A stretch of DNA of 64,000 nucleotides from Mobula hypostoma (taxonomy: Eukaryota), in assembly GCF_963921235.1 (NCBI RefSeq), contig NC_086097.1, positions 23,128,001 through 23,192,000 on the forward strand, read 5' to 3'. Shown here in pieces: positions 39,701 through 52,434 of the stretch. The translations under genes and the position numbers were made by a program. The notes below the pieces were generated by a model. That model was given only the letters and a program-made list of their open reading frames with translations, had not been told where the DNA came from and ran no database searches. The stretch's first letter is position 1. Each line of letters opens with the position of its first letter.

Positions 39701-40319
39701 CTTGTTTAGGGCAAGGTGTAGAAATTCAATCCCTGAGAGAATCGAAGTACATAGTAAACAAAGAGGCATTATGACAGAAACAGGTCGTTAGGACATTGCT
39801 GGTGGTGAGAGCTTCCAGCCTGCAAATTAGCTGCTGTGTTTTCCCCAGTATAATGACGACTTCACAATACTGCCCATTACTAGCTGTAAGTGCTTTGGGA
39901 TGAACTGGAAAGGACATGAAAGGAATAAATACAGGTCTGTCTTTTTTTCTTTGCGACACAGGCATGTCTTCAGACTTGCACTGAGTTAAATCTTGGGTAT
40001 ACAGGATAAATATTAAATAGCGATGGTTTCTGTGTTGGTGGCTGAGTCAGCGGTTAGAACCAGGAATAGCTACAGCCATAATCTTGGAGTGAACACATTT
40101 TATGACAGTCTTTTAATAGCACTGATTTAATATTCAGAAATGTAATGGCTCCTCAAAAATCCATCTACATTACTTGGGCAGTTTCTTCAGCAAACACATA
40201 AGAGAGTATATTTCAATTATACATACTTCATTAGCAATGAAGTGGTTCGGAATGTCTAGACTGTATGACCATATACTGTAAGTACACGTTTTTCCCTTTC
40301 TGCTGACCCAGTTAAGATT

Positions 40320-40707
40320 AGACCATAAGACCCTAAGACATAAGAACAGAATTAGGCTGTTTGGTCCACCGAGCCTGTTTCACGATTCGATGATGGCTGA
40401 TTTATTTTTCCTCTCAACTCCATTCTACTGCCTTCTCTCCATAACCTTTCACTCCCTTACGAATTAAATATCAAACTATCAAACTCCAGTTTAAATATAC
40501 CCAATGAGTTGGCCTCCACAGTAGTCTGTGGCAATGAATCTCACAGATTCACCACCCTCTGGCAAAAGAAATTTCTCCTTTTCCCTATTCCAAAGTGATG
40601 TCCTTGTATTCTGTGGCTGTGTCCTCTGCTCCTAGATTCTCCCTCTTTTGGAAACATTCTCTGTACATCCACTCTGTCTAGGCCTTTCAATATTTGATGG
40701 GTTTCAA
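40320..40707 (-). mobile_element. CR1 3' fragment (host of the Penelope at 40708)
   Basis: Reverse complement of the 34070-34625 subfamily. Confidence 0.85.
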
Positions 40708-41770
40708 AAGAAGAAAATCTGCAGAAGCTGGAAATCAAAGAAACACACACAAAATGCTGAAGGAACTCAGCAGACCAGGCAGCATCTGTGGAAAAGAGTA
40801 GAAGTTTCAGGCCGAGACCCTTCATCAGGACTGGAAAAAAGAGATGACAATTCAGAGTAAGAAGCTGGGAGGAAGGGAGGAAGAAGTTCAAGGGGACAGG
40901 TAATAGATGAAACTGGGAGGGGGGAGGGATGAAGTAAAGAGCTGGGAAGTTGACTGGTGAAAGAAATCCTGGTACTTACCCTTGCAAGCGGAACAAGTAC
41001 CATACCTACCGCTACACCTCCTCCCTCATTCCCACTCAGGCTGCAAACAGTCCTTCCAGGTGAGGCAACACCTCACCTGTGAGTCTGTTTGGGGTCATCT
41101 ACTGTACCTGGTGCTCCTCGTGTGGCCCCCTGTATGTCGGTGAGACCCGACACAGATTGGGATACCGCTTTGCCAAGCACCTACACTCCGTCCACCAGAA
41201 AAAGTGGGATCTCCAAGTGGCCACTCATTTTAATTCCACTTCCCATTCCCATTCTGACATGTCAGTCCATGGTCTCCTCAACTGTCATGATGAGGCCACA
41301 GTCAGGCTGGAAATGCAACACCTTATATTCCATCTGGGTAGCCACCAGCCTGATGACATGAACATCGATTTCTTAAACTTCCAGTAATTGCCCCCCTTCA
41401 CCATTCCCCATCCCCTTTTCTCTCTCTCACTTTATCACCTTAACTGCCCATCATCTCCCTCTGCTGCTCCTCCCCCTTCCCTTTCTCCATGGCCTTCTGT
41501 CCGCTCCTATCAGATTCCCCGTTCTCCAGCCCTTTATCTCTTCGATCAATTGACTTCCCAGTTCTTTACTTCACTCCTGCCCCTCTCCTGGTTTCACCCA
41601 CCACCTACCATCTTGTACTTCTTCCTCCCCTCCCCCCACCTTCTTATTCTGACTTCTCATCTCTTTTTACCAGTCCCAATGTAAGGTCTTGGCCTGAAAC
41701 ATCAACTGTTTACTCATTTCCATAGATGCTGCCTGGCCTACTGAGTTCCTCCCACATTTTGTGTGTATTA
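40708..41770 (+). mobile_element. Penelope-like element (5'-truncated, GIY-YIG endonuclease, inverted pseudo-LTRs)
   Basis: ORF 41079-41387 reads GVIYCTWCSSCGPLYVGETRHRLGYRFAKH...HFN...E...G...N (GIY-YIG with CCHH-type residues). A - strand pLTR at ~40708-40965 and a + strand pLTR at ~41390-41770 each carry a hammerhead motif. The element interrupts a CR1 fragment (gggtttcaa...ctcattcttttaaactcca). Confidence 0.85.
40796..40833 (-). ncRNA. Minimal hammerhead motif (Penelope family A); core intact, helix I damaged
   Basis: Reverse complement reads CAGUC-CUGAUGA-AGGGUCUCGGCCU-GAAA-CU-UC-UACUC. Confidence 0.6.
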
Positions 41771-41993
41771 CTCATTCTTTTAAACTCCAACTAACTGTAT
41801 AGGGAAAGAATCCTGCCAGTCTAGTTAGCAACTCTTTATACTGATAATACTGCACCACCGCGTTATAATATGGAGTTCTCTTTAACAAAGAAGCTTCTGA
41901 TGTAATATATTGGAGATCCTAATGCAGGCACGAATTCACTCGTAAATAAAAGTTGGGCCAGCTGTGCTAAACAGTGTGATTTTCTCTTTGCAG

Positions 41994-42377
41994 GTACTAT
42001 ATCGGTGAATAGTCGACGCACGCCATTCACAGCAAGTGGGGACAGTGAGATTCTTGACCTGGAAGGAGACATGTACCTAGGAGGTCTGCCAGACAACAGA
42101 ATGGGTTCCATCCTGCCCACGGAACTCTGGACAGCCATGCTCAACTACGGCTATGTCGGCTGTATCAGGGACTTGTTCATTGACGGCAGGAGCAAAGACA
42201 TCCGACAGCTAGCTGAGGCACAGAATGCCGCTGGGGTCAAGCCATCTTGCTTGCGAGTGAGCAGTAAACACTGTGACAGCAACCCTTGTAAGAACAATGC
42301 CGTGTGCAGAGAAGGCTGGAACAGGTTCATTTGTGACTGCACGGTCTTGGGCTACTGGGGAAGAACGTGTGAAAGAG
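41994..42377 (+). CDS. NRXN3: Neurexin-3-alpha internal coding exon (384 nt; rest of LNS3 plus EGF-like domain 2)
   Basis: Acceptor tttctctttgcag| at 41993 and donor gag|gtaaga at 42378. Phase 1 joins the previous exon in frame: (G)[67 protein letters not shown]...[35 protein letters not shown], with six EGF cysteines. Confidence 0.95.
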
Positions 42378-44411
42378 GTAAGAGTGACTTACTTTGTAGA
42401 AGAACGGTTGTCTTATGGCAATTTACTGGTGCATGAACGATGCGCTAATATGTGCCTTAGTATGATAAAGAGCCATTGAAAGGTGATGGTGCTTATAGAT
42501 ATGATCTCTCAGTTTAATTGAAGATTTTGACCATCTGGCAAAAAAAGTGGTGTAACAATCCTATGTAGAAGGTGATCTGAGTTGCTCCTTAGTCCCTCAT
42601 CGGACTGTGGCTTTTTGGAGTGTCTTGCCTTGAAGGAGGTCATGTCATTTACTTGTCTTCTCCGTCAAATATCATAAGGAAAGTTACAGATTTTTTTTTA
42701 CAGAAGATTATAGTCCATCACCAATTCCAATGGATTGTTTAAAAAAGAAAGCAGAAGATGCATAGGAAGGGCAATCCAATGTCAAACAAGAAAAATTATG
42801 GGCAGAGCAGTGAATGGAATCAAATTTCAGCTGAGAATGTGCAGCCATGTTTAGATCAGGAGATAAAGGTTGGATTGTACTCAATGGCTCTCTTTACCAG
42901 ATCCTGGTTTAGGCCTATCTGGAAATATAATTAGGCAACCTGATTTGGTTAATGAATATGAAAACTCTGGAGAAAGATTTCCACAAGAATGCACTTGATA
43001 AAAAAAAACTTTATCTGTTACAATATGCTGAGAAGAGTCCATACATTGCCGAAAGAAGTTGGAATCTACAGATTACTTGAACCAACTGATCCAGTGTGTA
43101 CAGGCTATTTAATAAAATAGATGTGCTTACTAGTTCTTCTTTATGCAAAAAATTCCAACACTTGGAATAAATTAACGTTTATATGGTAATGGTAACAGTT
43201 CATAAAAAGAGATAAAGAGATGAACGAGGTGCTTGCAGTGATCAATATGATTTCACATAGAAAGTAAGTGTGTGTTTGGCACGTATGTGCCCCTGTGACC
43301 TTCTAAATTTGTTTGTTTATTCTGAAGTTCCCAGGGGTTTTTATTTTATGAAGTAGCTGTGCTTTCTTTTTGTTCTTTACATTTTCCAGTGTAACAGTAA
43401 AAAGTATCATGATATTTATGCAAAGGGATATTTATATTCATGATTGTATTGGATATGTATGAAAGTATCTTTTATGTACAGTCAGATGTGATTAGGCTAC
43501 ATTTTTGAACTGTGCTCTACTGTCTTCAATGAAGGCTGTTGTGTTGTTAGTTCTGCTAGTCCAAATGATAGTACTTGGATGAACATTACTGAAAACCACA
43601 GATGCTACATTGGAGAGAGGTTTGGATTTTTGGTACTTTGATGAGCGACTTGAGACAAAAACACTGTGTGATAAAGCCAGAGATCAGGGTTTTCTGTTGG
43701 GATCATGCACCGTATAGATGGCAGGAGATGGATGTGTGGAGTTCCGCAGAATGTTCCAGAAATACAGGCGGACTCATCCATTTGTCCTGTACTTAGATTG
43801 TGTGGAGTTGTTCCTTAAGAGAAACACCAGAATCATTGACTTCCCATAGGGAGGATACGGCAATGGGATGTAACAGTGCTCAAAGAGAGAAAAGCAACAT
43901 TGATGTTTGTGGTAGAGTCACGGGCAAGTGTAACATTATTGAGCTTAGCAGGACCATGAACTATCTTGACTTAGTATAGAGGCTGGAAAGACATTTCAAT
44001 CCTATATTGGTGTCTGACAGTATAGAATCAGAATCGGGTTTGATACCACTGTCATACTGTATGTTGTGAATTTTTTTGTTTTATGGCAGCATTAGAGTGT
44101 AATACATAAAGCAATAGAATAAATTATAGTAAGAAATGTATGTAAATTGTATTAAGTAAGTAGTACAGAAAGAGATCAAAAATAGAAATGGGCCTTTGGC
44201 CCAACTGGACCCATGCTGACCAAGATGCCCATCTGAACATTTAGGCCATATCCCTCTGAACCTGTCCTATCCATTGACCTGCCTCAACTACTTCCTCTGG
44301 CAGCTTATTCCATATACTCACCACCCTTTGTGTGGACGGGGTCCCATCAGGTCCATTTAAATCATACCCCTCTCACTAACCTATGCCAGGAGAGGAGCAT
44401 TACCACATGTA

Positions 44412-44872
44412 CAGTACATGTAAAGTCTTAGGCACATATATATATATATATAGCTAGGGCACCTAAGAGTTTGTCAGTGTGGAGAGGAGAGCGAGTATGT
44501 ATATCTGGTGGGAACAAAAGATGTTGAAGGTGAAGCACTGCGGGAGGAGTGTGGGACAGGTGGTGGAGAATGAGTGCTGGGGCAGTGGGTGGAGTGAGTT
44601 CAGACACACCCAGGCCTGAGGCACCAGGCAAGGTCATTTAATTCCAAACAATTGGTTTATTGATAATTACAAAATGCCTCTCTGGTGCTTCTCGCTTCCT
44701 CCCTTCTCCCTTCCCCTTTTCCCAGCCATGACTCCCCTCTCTCTGCCTCCTTTCTGACTCTCAGTCCACAATTCAGAATTGTGACCCACGTTTGTCACAA
44801 TTTTTTTTTGTGCGGCAACAATGCAGGCAAATGTATAAAATTACTACAGTACTCTGCAAAAGTCTTAGCCAC
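44412..44872. mobile_element. Second copy of the composite element at 13987-14548 (right end truncated)
   Basis: Shares the TIR (cagtacatgtaaagtcttaggcac) and the internal sequence (caaggtcatttaattccaaacaattggtttattgat...). Confidence 0.7.
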
Positions 44873-47469
44873 ACTAGCAATATTAGAATCATAGAAAAGT
44901 ACAGCACAAAAACAGGCCCTTCAGCCCATCTAGTTCATGCCAAACAATTTAAACTGCCTACTCCCATCAACCTGCATCTATATGTGTCTGACCTTTGATA
45001 GTACTGTAAACGTAGTAAGTTGATTTAGTGGACAACTGGAAGTAACATAGAGATGCCAAGGCAAGTCATTCATTGATAAGACAAGACAATCCATTGCCAA
45101 ATCTCACCATTGCTCTACCACATTACCTTGCAAGATGCTTCCAGAAGTGCAAATCTTTATCCAGTATTTGATTGACTGTGGTAATGTCTTCCTAAATACA
45201 GGATGTTATGTTTCAATTGATAATGCACCATGAATTAGGGTATTTTGCGTCATTAAAGTCACTACATAGGGAGATGTTGTAGTTGTTAACCAGCACCAAG
45301 TCATTTGGATCATCACCGAGAAACAAGCCAACTGATTTGTGAAGGACGTCCGATAGAACGGGTTCACGCTCTCTGATGATTACATCAGAAATACATCTAC
45401 TCAACCTTATCCTCACCAATTTACCATGGAAGGATGCAGTGGCCACCATACAGCCTTGTCTTTACAATGGCAATCCCTTCCTTTGCAATACATGCTGAGA
45501 TCAGAACAAATCTGACAGCTCAAAAATGACATCTATAAGACAGGAAATACTTTGTGTCATCTGTAGTTTCCCACCTTATAGCCAACGCTCCATCGTCATC
45601 ATAGATCATGGTGGTAGAGGCAGATGATGTAGATTAGCATGGGTGGTACAGTAGAGTAGCGGTTCACATAACGTTTTACATTACCAGCAACCTGGGTTCA
45701 ATTCCCACCGCTGCCCGTAAGGAGTTGGCACGTTCTCCCCGTGATCGCGTGGGTTTCCTCCAGGTTCTCCGCTTTCCTCGTCCAGGTCAATAGGTTAATT
45801 GGTCACATGGATAGAATCGGGTGGCATGGACTCATTGGGCTGGAATCATTTGTTATAGTGCTGTATCATTAAATTAGAAAGAGACTCACAGAGAGCACAT
45901 GGATGATAGAAAACTGGAGGGGTATGTGGGAGAAAAGTGTTGTATTGTTATTTCAGTAGGTTATAAGGTTGACACAGCATTATGTGCCAAAGGGCCTGTA
46001 CTGTGCTGTAATGTTCCATGTACTATGTTCTGGAATCATTGGTTTAAAATATCAGGTGAAAGGCTGCTTCTCCAACAGTGCATAAGGCCTCAGTACCACA
46101 GTAGATTTCTGCTGAATTTTTTTGTAGACATGCTTTTACTGGAACTCATTCAAATGAATTATCCAGTGCTCTCATGCATGCCCTAAGAACTGGACACGAG
46201 TCAGGCTCTGAATGACAAATGGCACATAACAGTGACAATTCTCTAATGCTAGGTAATATCCACCTCCAATAAGAGGGCCTAATCACCTTCACTTGACAAT
46301 GAACAGTACAACTATTGCCAAATATCCACCATCAACAAGCTGCAGGTCACCTTGACAATACTTAACTGTATAATCTGTAAAAATGAGTCAGGGCATTCAT
46401 CTTCTGGCTTGCTATTGCCTTGCTACAAAGCATAATACTTCAGAATCAGCATCAGGTTTAATTTCACTGACATATGTGGTCAAATTTGTTGTTTTGCAGC
46501 AACAGAACAGTAAAATAGAGAAAAATGTGATGAATGGCAATAAGAAATATACATAAAAATTAAATTAAATAAGTATTCAAAAAGTGTGCAAAAATAGTGA
46601 GGTATTTTTCATGGGTTGGTTCGTTGTCCATTCAGAAATCTGATAGTGGAGGGAAAGAAGCTGTTCCTTACTTTGAGTGTACAAAGTTCAAAAGTTCAAA
46701 GTAAATTTATTATCAAAGTGCAAATATGTCAACATACACAACTCCAAGATTCATTTTCTTATTCAATAAATCCAATAACTATAATAGTATCAATGAAAGG
46801 CCACACCAACTGGGCACACAAACAGTGTGCGAAAGACAAGAAACTCTGCAAATACAAAAAGGAAGACGAAAATAATAAATAGACAGATGGCAGATAGAAA
46901 GTTAAATAGATAGATAGATAAATAAGTATTGAGAACATGAGATAGATAGCTAATGTTCAAGGAAAGAGTGGTGAGATTTAGAAGGGTCCTGAGGGATATT
47001 TTCACTAAGAGGGTGGTGAACATATGGAATGAGTTATCAGAGGTGTGGTTGAGGCTGATACAATAAGAACATTTAAAAGTCATCTGGACAAGTACATGGT
47101 TAGGAAGGGTTTAGAGAGATACAGGCCTAGTTGTGCATCTTGGTTGGGCTGAGGGCCTGTCTCTATGCTGTATTACTATATTTCTCTATACTTTACAACT
47201 TCAAGTTTTAAGTCTAATTATCATGTGTACCTTGAGTACAAAGAGTGAAATGTTTTGTTTGCATTAGCAACCAACACACCCCAGTGTGTGCTGGTGGCAG
47301 CCTGCAAGTATCACCACACACTCCAGTGCTAACGCTGCATGCCCACAATGGTCAGCAGAATAGCACAGAACTCAGCGAACAACAAAACAACGTCAGCAAA
47401 GCAAGCCCTGTTTCTCCCTCTCACACAGTGTACACACATCCCTCTAACCTCAAGTTAGTCCGTATTCTT

Positions 47470-47501
47470 CAGCCTCCAGCCTCCAGCCTCCAGCCTCCAG
47501 C
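47470..47501. repeat. (CAGCCTC) x ~4.5 heptamer tandem
   Basis: cagcctccagcctccagcctccagcctccagc, inside a retroposon. Confidence 0.9.
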
Positions 47502-49332
47502 AGGCCCGGATTTGGACTCGGAAATGGATGCAGATATGCAGACATTTACTTCTAATTATATCTCCAGCAGCCCTCCAAACCTGCCCAGGTGCTCAGCTGG
47601 CACACCATCCATCTCTCATAGGTTCACTCGTTGCAACAGTGGCTGTAAGGCAATGCTTTGCATCAAGGCTGTGTCAAGGGATAGAAAGCTCTTGAGAATA
47701 TGGACAGGCAAGCAGAAGCCCAATCAGCCCAGGGTGAGAATGCTGTGACATCAGCAACGATCAAATTTTTCAGTGAGAGTGTTCCATTTCAATCAAAATG
47801 TTAGCATTATCAAAAGTTATCATTTCAGCATGAGGAGAGATGTGAGCATTGATTCAGACTTGAACATAGATTTACAAATACATTCCCTTGGTCCGAATGT
47901 TTCTGGTTTCTGGTTATTCCTTTTTTTATTGTTATCTTCGCAATTTTGAATGGGACGGACTGGCAGTCAACAAACAGCACAGTGATAAGTTGGACTGAAC
48001 TACACTGAAAATTCCTAGATTGTTTCAAGGATTCTTCAGTTTGATGTTTAATATTCTGTATTTTATTTGCTCATTTTTTGCCATTTGCATGATTTGTGTT
48101 CTTCTTTTTTGCACATTGGCTGTTTGATGTTTTCTTTGAACGGGTTCCATGATGTTTCTTTGTTTCGTGGCTGTGTGCAGGAAGAAGAATATCAAAGTTG
48201 TTCACTGCATACATACTTTGTTAATAAATGTTCTTTGAACCTTGAATGATTTTCTGAGTGACATTTATGGAGTATTGTATTCTGACTGGACCTTCAGATT
48301 TATTTTGCTGCCATCCTTGTGGTATGCATACTGAAAATCATCATAGATAATTATATGATGCAGCTGATGCCTGAACTGGAATCTTGTTTATATCTCAGAA
48401 TGCTGAAATGCACCAGAAATTGTTGAGCACGAGTACTATGCTATACTGTGTAAGTGATGTAAGTGAAGATGATTTTACTCTGTGAAGGCAATTCATAAGA
48501 TTAATACTCCTCACAGAAAACCTTTCTCCTTTGTTCCCTCTGTCAGATACCTGATCATAATTAAGCTGAGTGTCTGAAGGAAAAGAAACATAGTTCGTTC
48601 CGTTTTTGCCAATGATTGTCTTTTCATTTAAAGCTCCATCTGTTTTTATTTTAGATTTTTTCCATAATTGTAAACAATTTGTGCTTATTAACTTTAACTA
48701 ATATTTTAAAATGGAGGCTTGCTCTTATGATAGTATTGGGATCCCTCTCTGCAAAGTCCAAAACTCAAAATAAAATTTAAAGCCATATCCTCACTATAGG
48801 AAGGTTATACTGCACCATCCTGCTTTTCAAGGACTAGCTTACTTTGCTGTCTAGTCTCTGTGGTGAGGTCTAGCTGTCAATACTCACCATTGGTGTGTTG
48901 GGTTCCCCTACCCTATTAAGGAGGAGATACTTCCAGCTAACTAAATAGTTCAAACACAGTTTATTTTATTGTTAATGATAAATGTTGAAATTTGGACAGA
49001 TAGTTTTTAACACACAGAAGATTTCTGATCTACGAAATATTTACAAAATTATGGAAGATATATAAACTTCAAGGGATTTTGAAACACCGATACAATTCTT
49101 ATGAACTAAAAGAACATACCAATGATTTGCAGATGAATCAGTCACCCATTGCAGAAACCAAAAGTTGAGGAGTGCATTGTAGTTCTTCTTTCTGTCATGC
49201 TCCTTGTCATTCTTGAAAATCCCTAATGTTTTCAAACATATATAATGTTTTGCTACTAGTTAACACTGCTTGCATGTGATGTTCTCAGATAACTTTGCTG
49301 GGACAAAGTAATTCATACAGATGGGTCTAAAG

Positions 49333-49412
49333 CAAGGGCTCCCAACCTGGGGTCCACGGACTCCTTGCTTAATGGTGTTGGTCCATGGCATAAAAAAGGT
49401 TGGGAACCACTA
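49333..49412. mobile_element. 80-bp hAT (Charlie-like) MITE
   Basis: Termini caagggctcccaacct / aggttgggaaccacta; 8-bp TSD gtctaaag/gtctaaaa. Confidence 0.8.
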
Positions 49413-50889
49413 GTCTAAAAACTTCTGGGACAGAGATTCCAGACACCTAAAGTTAATGCTCTATGGGCTGACTCCCTGAATACACAAATATCCCAACCAT
49501 TGACAAATGAGCTATGCCTATGAGCAAGTTTGATGTGCTAACTGGCATAACCCCATTGTCTTGCATTTGGCTAATGGAGACAAGAAGGCTCATGGTCACT
49601 TCACTTTGCAAACCACATCTCTTGAGCAGCCAACCTCGTTCTATGCCAGCAGCCTGTGTTCGGTAAACAATGCTTTTAACATCAAGTTGATTGCTGCCTG
49701 CAATTTACATTAAGAATTGTTGACTGCTTCTTGTTTACAACAAGAATCAGAGCAAGGAATGTTTGTTGGAAGTTTAACTTTGTTACAAACAACTCTGACT
49801 CTTTGAAAGTTTGTCCTGCAGTGCTAGGTAGCTGAGGTTAGCAATAAGCTTCTTGGGCCCTGGAGTGAATATTCATCACACTCTGAAGCAGAAAGACTAA
49901 TGATCATGGTAAATCCATCACTTAACTCAATCATCCCAATTGCCACTGGAACTCAGAGCTTAAAACAAAAAATAAATCCTAATCTTTTGAAATTTCCAGT
50001 GGCCCAAAGCAGCATATACCAAAATAGAATGGATCTTGAGAGGTTGTTTCTAATAGTGGAAGAATCTAGGACTGGGGACAACATTTAAAAGAAGTCTGGA
50101 TAAATACATGGACTGGAGGGGTATGGAGGGTTATGGTCTAGTTTGTGGTTGTTGGGACTAGGCAGATTTGGGGTGGCATGGCAACGTAGTATTCACTGTA
50201 CTGTAACACTATTACAGTATAGGCGACCCAGGTTCGATTCCTGCTGGTGTCTGTAAAGAGTTTGTTTGCTCTCCCCATGAGCATGTTGATTTCCTCCGGG
50301 TGCTCTGGTTTCCTCTCATGTTCCAAAGGTGTGCACGTTATTAGGTTAATTGGTCTCATGGATGTAATTGAGCAGTGTGTGCTCATTGGGCCAGAAAGGC
50401 TTATTACTGTGCTGTATCTCTAAATAAAATAAATATCAGTTTGGCATGCGTTAGGGTTAGATGGGCGGAAGGGCTGTGACTCTGTGGGTGGAGCCTTTGA
50501 AATCTCTTCTTCAGAGTGATGGGAGCAGTGTCTTTGAATTTTTTTTATGGCAAAGTTACTGTATATAGATTCTTGATAAGGTCAGGTTGAGCGGTCACTG
50601 GGCAGAGGTAACATTCTGACTAGCCATGATCTTATTGAATGGCAGAACAAGATCAAGACATTAAACTCATGCTTCTGTTTCATTTGTACATTCAATATGT
50701 TCGTATTAATTCGCTGGGTTTGCACGATGGTAGCACAAAGTTCAAAGTATGTATGTGTCTGAGATTCCTTTTCTAGCAGGCATTCACAGTAAAACAAAGA
50801 AGTATGACAGAATCAGTGAAAAACTACACACAAACAGACTGACCATCAATGTGCATAAAACAACAAACTGCAAATACAGTAAATAAATA

Positions 50890-51228
50890 GACTGTTTGTG
50901 CCGTGTTGTATGACGTGGGTGATCATTGTCTCATGACCATGATTGTTCATGGAAAATTTTTCGACAAAAGTGGTTTGCCATTGCTCCCCTTCTTCTGGGC
51001 AGTGTCTTTACAAGATGGGTGACCCCAGCCATTATTAATACTCTTCAGAGATTGTCGGGTGTCAGTGGTCGCACAACTAGGACATGTGATATGCACCAGT
51101 TGCTCATACGACCGTCCACCACCTGCTCCCATGGCTTCATGTGACCCTGATCCCTGATCCCGGGGCGGGGGTGGGGGGGGGGTGCCTTATACTTCCTTTG
51201 GGAGAGATGCATCTCCAAGGTGCCACCC
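50890..51228 (-). mobile_element. Bipartite RTE-derived SINE-like element (5' UTR joined to 3' end)
   Basis: Reverse complement shares 5' UTR blocks (gatcagggtcacatgaagccatggg.gcaggtggtgg; gcaatggcaaaccactt) and the 3' end (atgatcacccac) with the RTE at 17316-19256. Confidence 0.7.
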
Positions 51229-51954
51229 AAAAATAAATAGCTAGGTAGCTAAATAAATAAATAATACTGAAAACATTAGTTGTAAAGTCCTTTGAAGAGA
51301 GTCTGTAGGTTGAGGAATCAGATCGGAGTTGAGGTGAGTGAAGTTATCCCACACTGGTTCAGGAGTCTGATGATTGAAGAGTCATAACTGTTCCTAAACC
51401 TGGTGGTGTGGGACCCAAGGACACAGACTAAATTCTCAGCAGAAGATCTGTTGGAACTTCGAAAAGAATTCAATATGATCTCCACTAAGTTTTGATGATT
51501 TTGAACATTCACTTCTTATAGTCTGGCATGGTACCCAAGAATAGCTGCCCTGCAAAGCTAGTTTTGAATGATAATTAACTTTGCATTTTCCTTTCAATAA
51601 AACATGAGTCATTAATTCTTAAATTACTGTTATAAAAAAGGAGTGAAAAGTTAATTAGAAGTCAAAATTCATGGAAAAAGGAGTATTTTTAAAGTAAAAT
51701 AGTGAATTCTGAATTAAAGTCACGAAAGTGGGGATGAGAATAGTTTTCACAAAATGTAAGTACAGGAGGGTCTGAGAATCTCCAAGAGCCTGTTACAGTA
51801 CATAAAGCATTGAGCATCTGGATGATGTGTACTTGAGCTCAGCATATCACATTGTGTACATTTCTGTGTTTAAGTGTGTTTAAGTGTGTGTAACAAGCGT
51901 ATCTTGAATGACTGGGTCCAAGGATGCTGGGATCAGCTCTTAAACACTTTAGAT

Positions 51955-52033
51955 CAGGGGTTCTCAACTTGGGGTCCGTGGACCCTCGGTTAATGGTAGG
52001 TGTCCATGACATAAAAAAGGTTGTGCACCCCTG
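51955..52033. mobile_element. 79-bp hAT (Charlie-like) MITE
   Basis: Termini caggggttctcaactt / aggttgtgcacccctg; 8-bp TSD ctttagat/ctttagaa. A third, decayed and reversed copy lies at ~25541-25620. Confidence 0.8.
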
Positions 52034-52434
52034 CTTTAGAAGTTCGCTGATGTATTTTCCAGTAGTGTAATAGAAATCCACAGCACGGAACAAGGCTATT
52101 CAGCCAATCAATAGAGAAATCTATTGCAATTGAAAGATCAACTTCAATGAACAGCTTTATTCACCATATACATTTATATGTATCAGGAATTTGCTGTGGT
52201 ATGTTGGTGCAACGTGCAACAAATAAATAATGCTCAACAATTACAAGAATGAAGAATTATATAAAAATAAACAGAGATTAAACTACAGATAGGGAATAAA
52301 TTGTGCATAAATACACAAATACCAGCATATATTTACAAGGTAAGCACTATTATAAAAAGTGGATTAAAGTGTTTACAGTACAGTGCAATGAAGGGGGTAA
52401 TAGAGAGGTGTTGGGGGGGTTGCTGGACTAAATG

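Larger units (their letters stand above)
36010..41993 (+). other. NRXN3: NRXN3 intron (5984 nt, phase 1, GT-AG)
   Basis: Bounded by the donor and acceptor above; splicing restores a continuous neurexin reading frame (DGRSG/TISVN). Confidence 0.93.

Noticed and set aside
41991..41999. AG|GT recursive splice sites at the start of both NRXN3 exons
   Set aside because: The GT is dictated by Val/Gly codons, and the following bases (gttgtt, gtacta) are poor donors.
42005..42436. 143-aa ORF as a complete gene
   Set aside because: It is the internal exon 41994-42377 plus donor read-through.
45200..46430. Unique-looking stretches at ~45200-45480 and ~46200-46430 as conserved elements or exons
   Set aside because: They resemble very old LINE ORF2 remnants (for example LLNLILTNL-like), not neurexin.
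51035..51052. CUGAAGAG on the - strand as a hammerhead core in the RTE-derived SINE
   Set aside because: No matching helix II/GAAA/UH arrangement was found.
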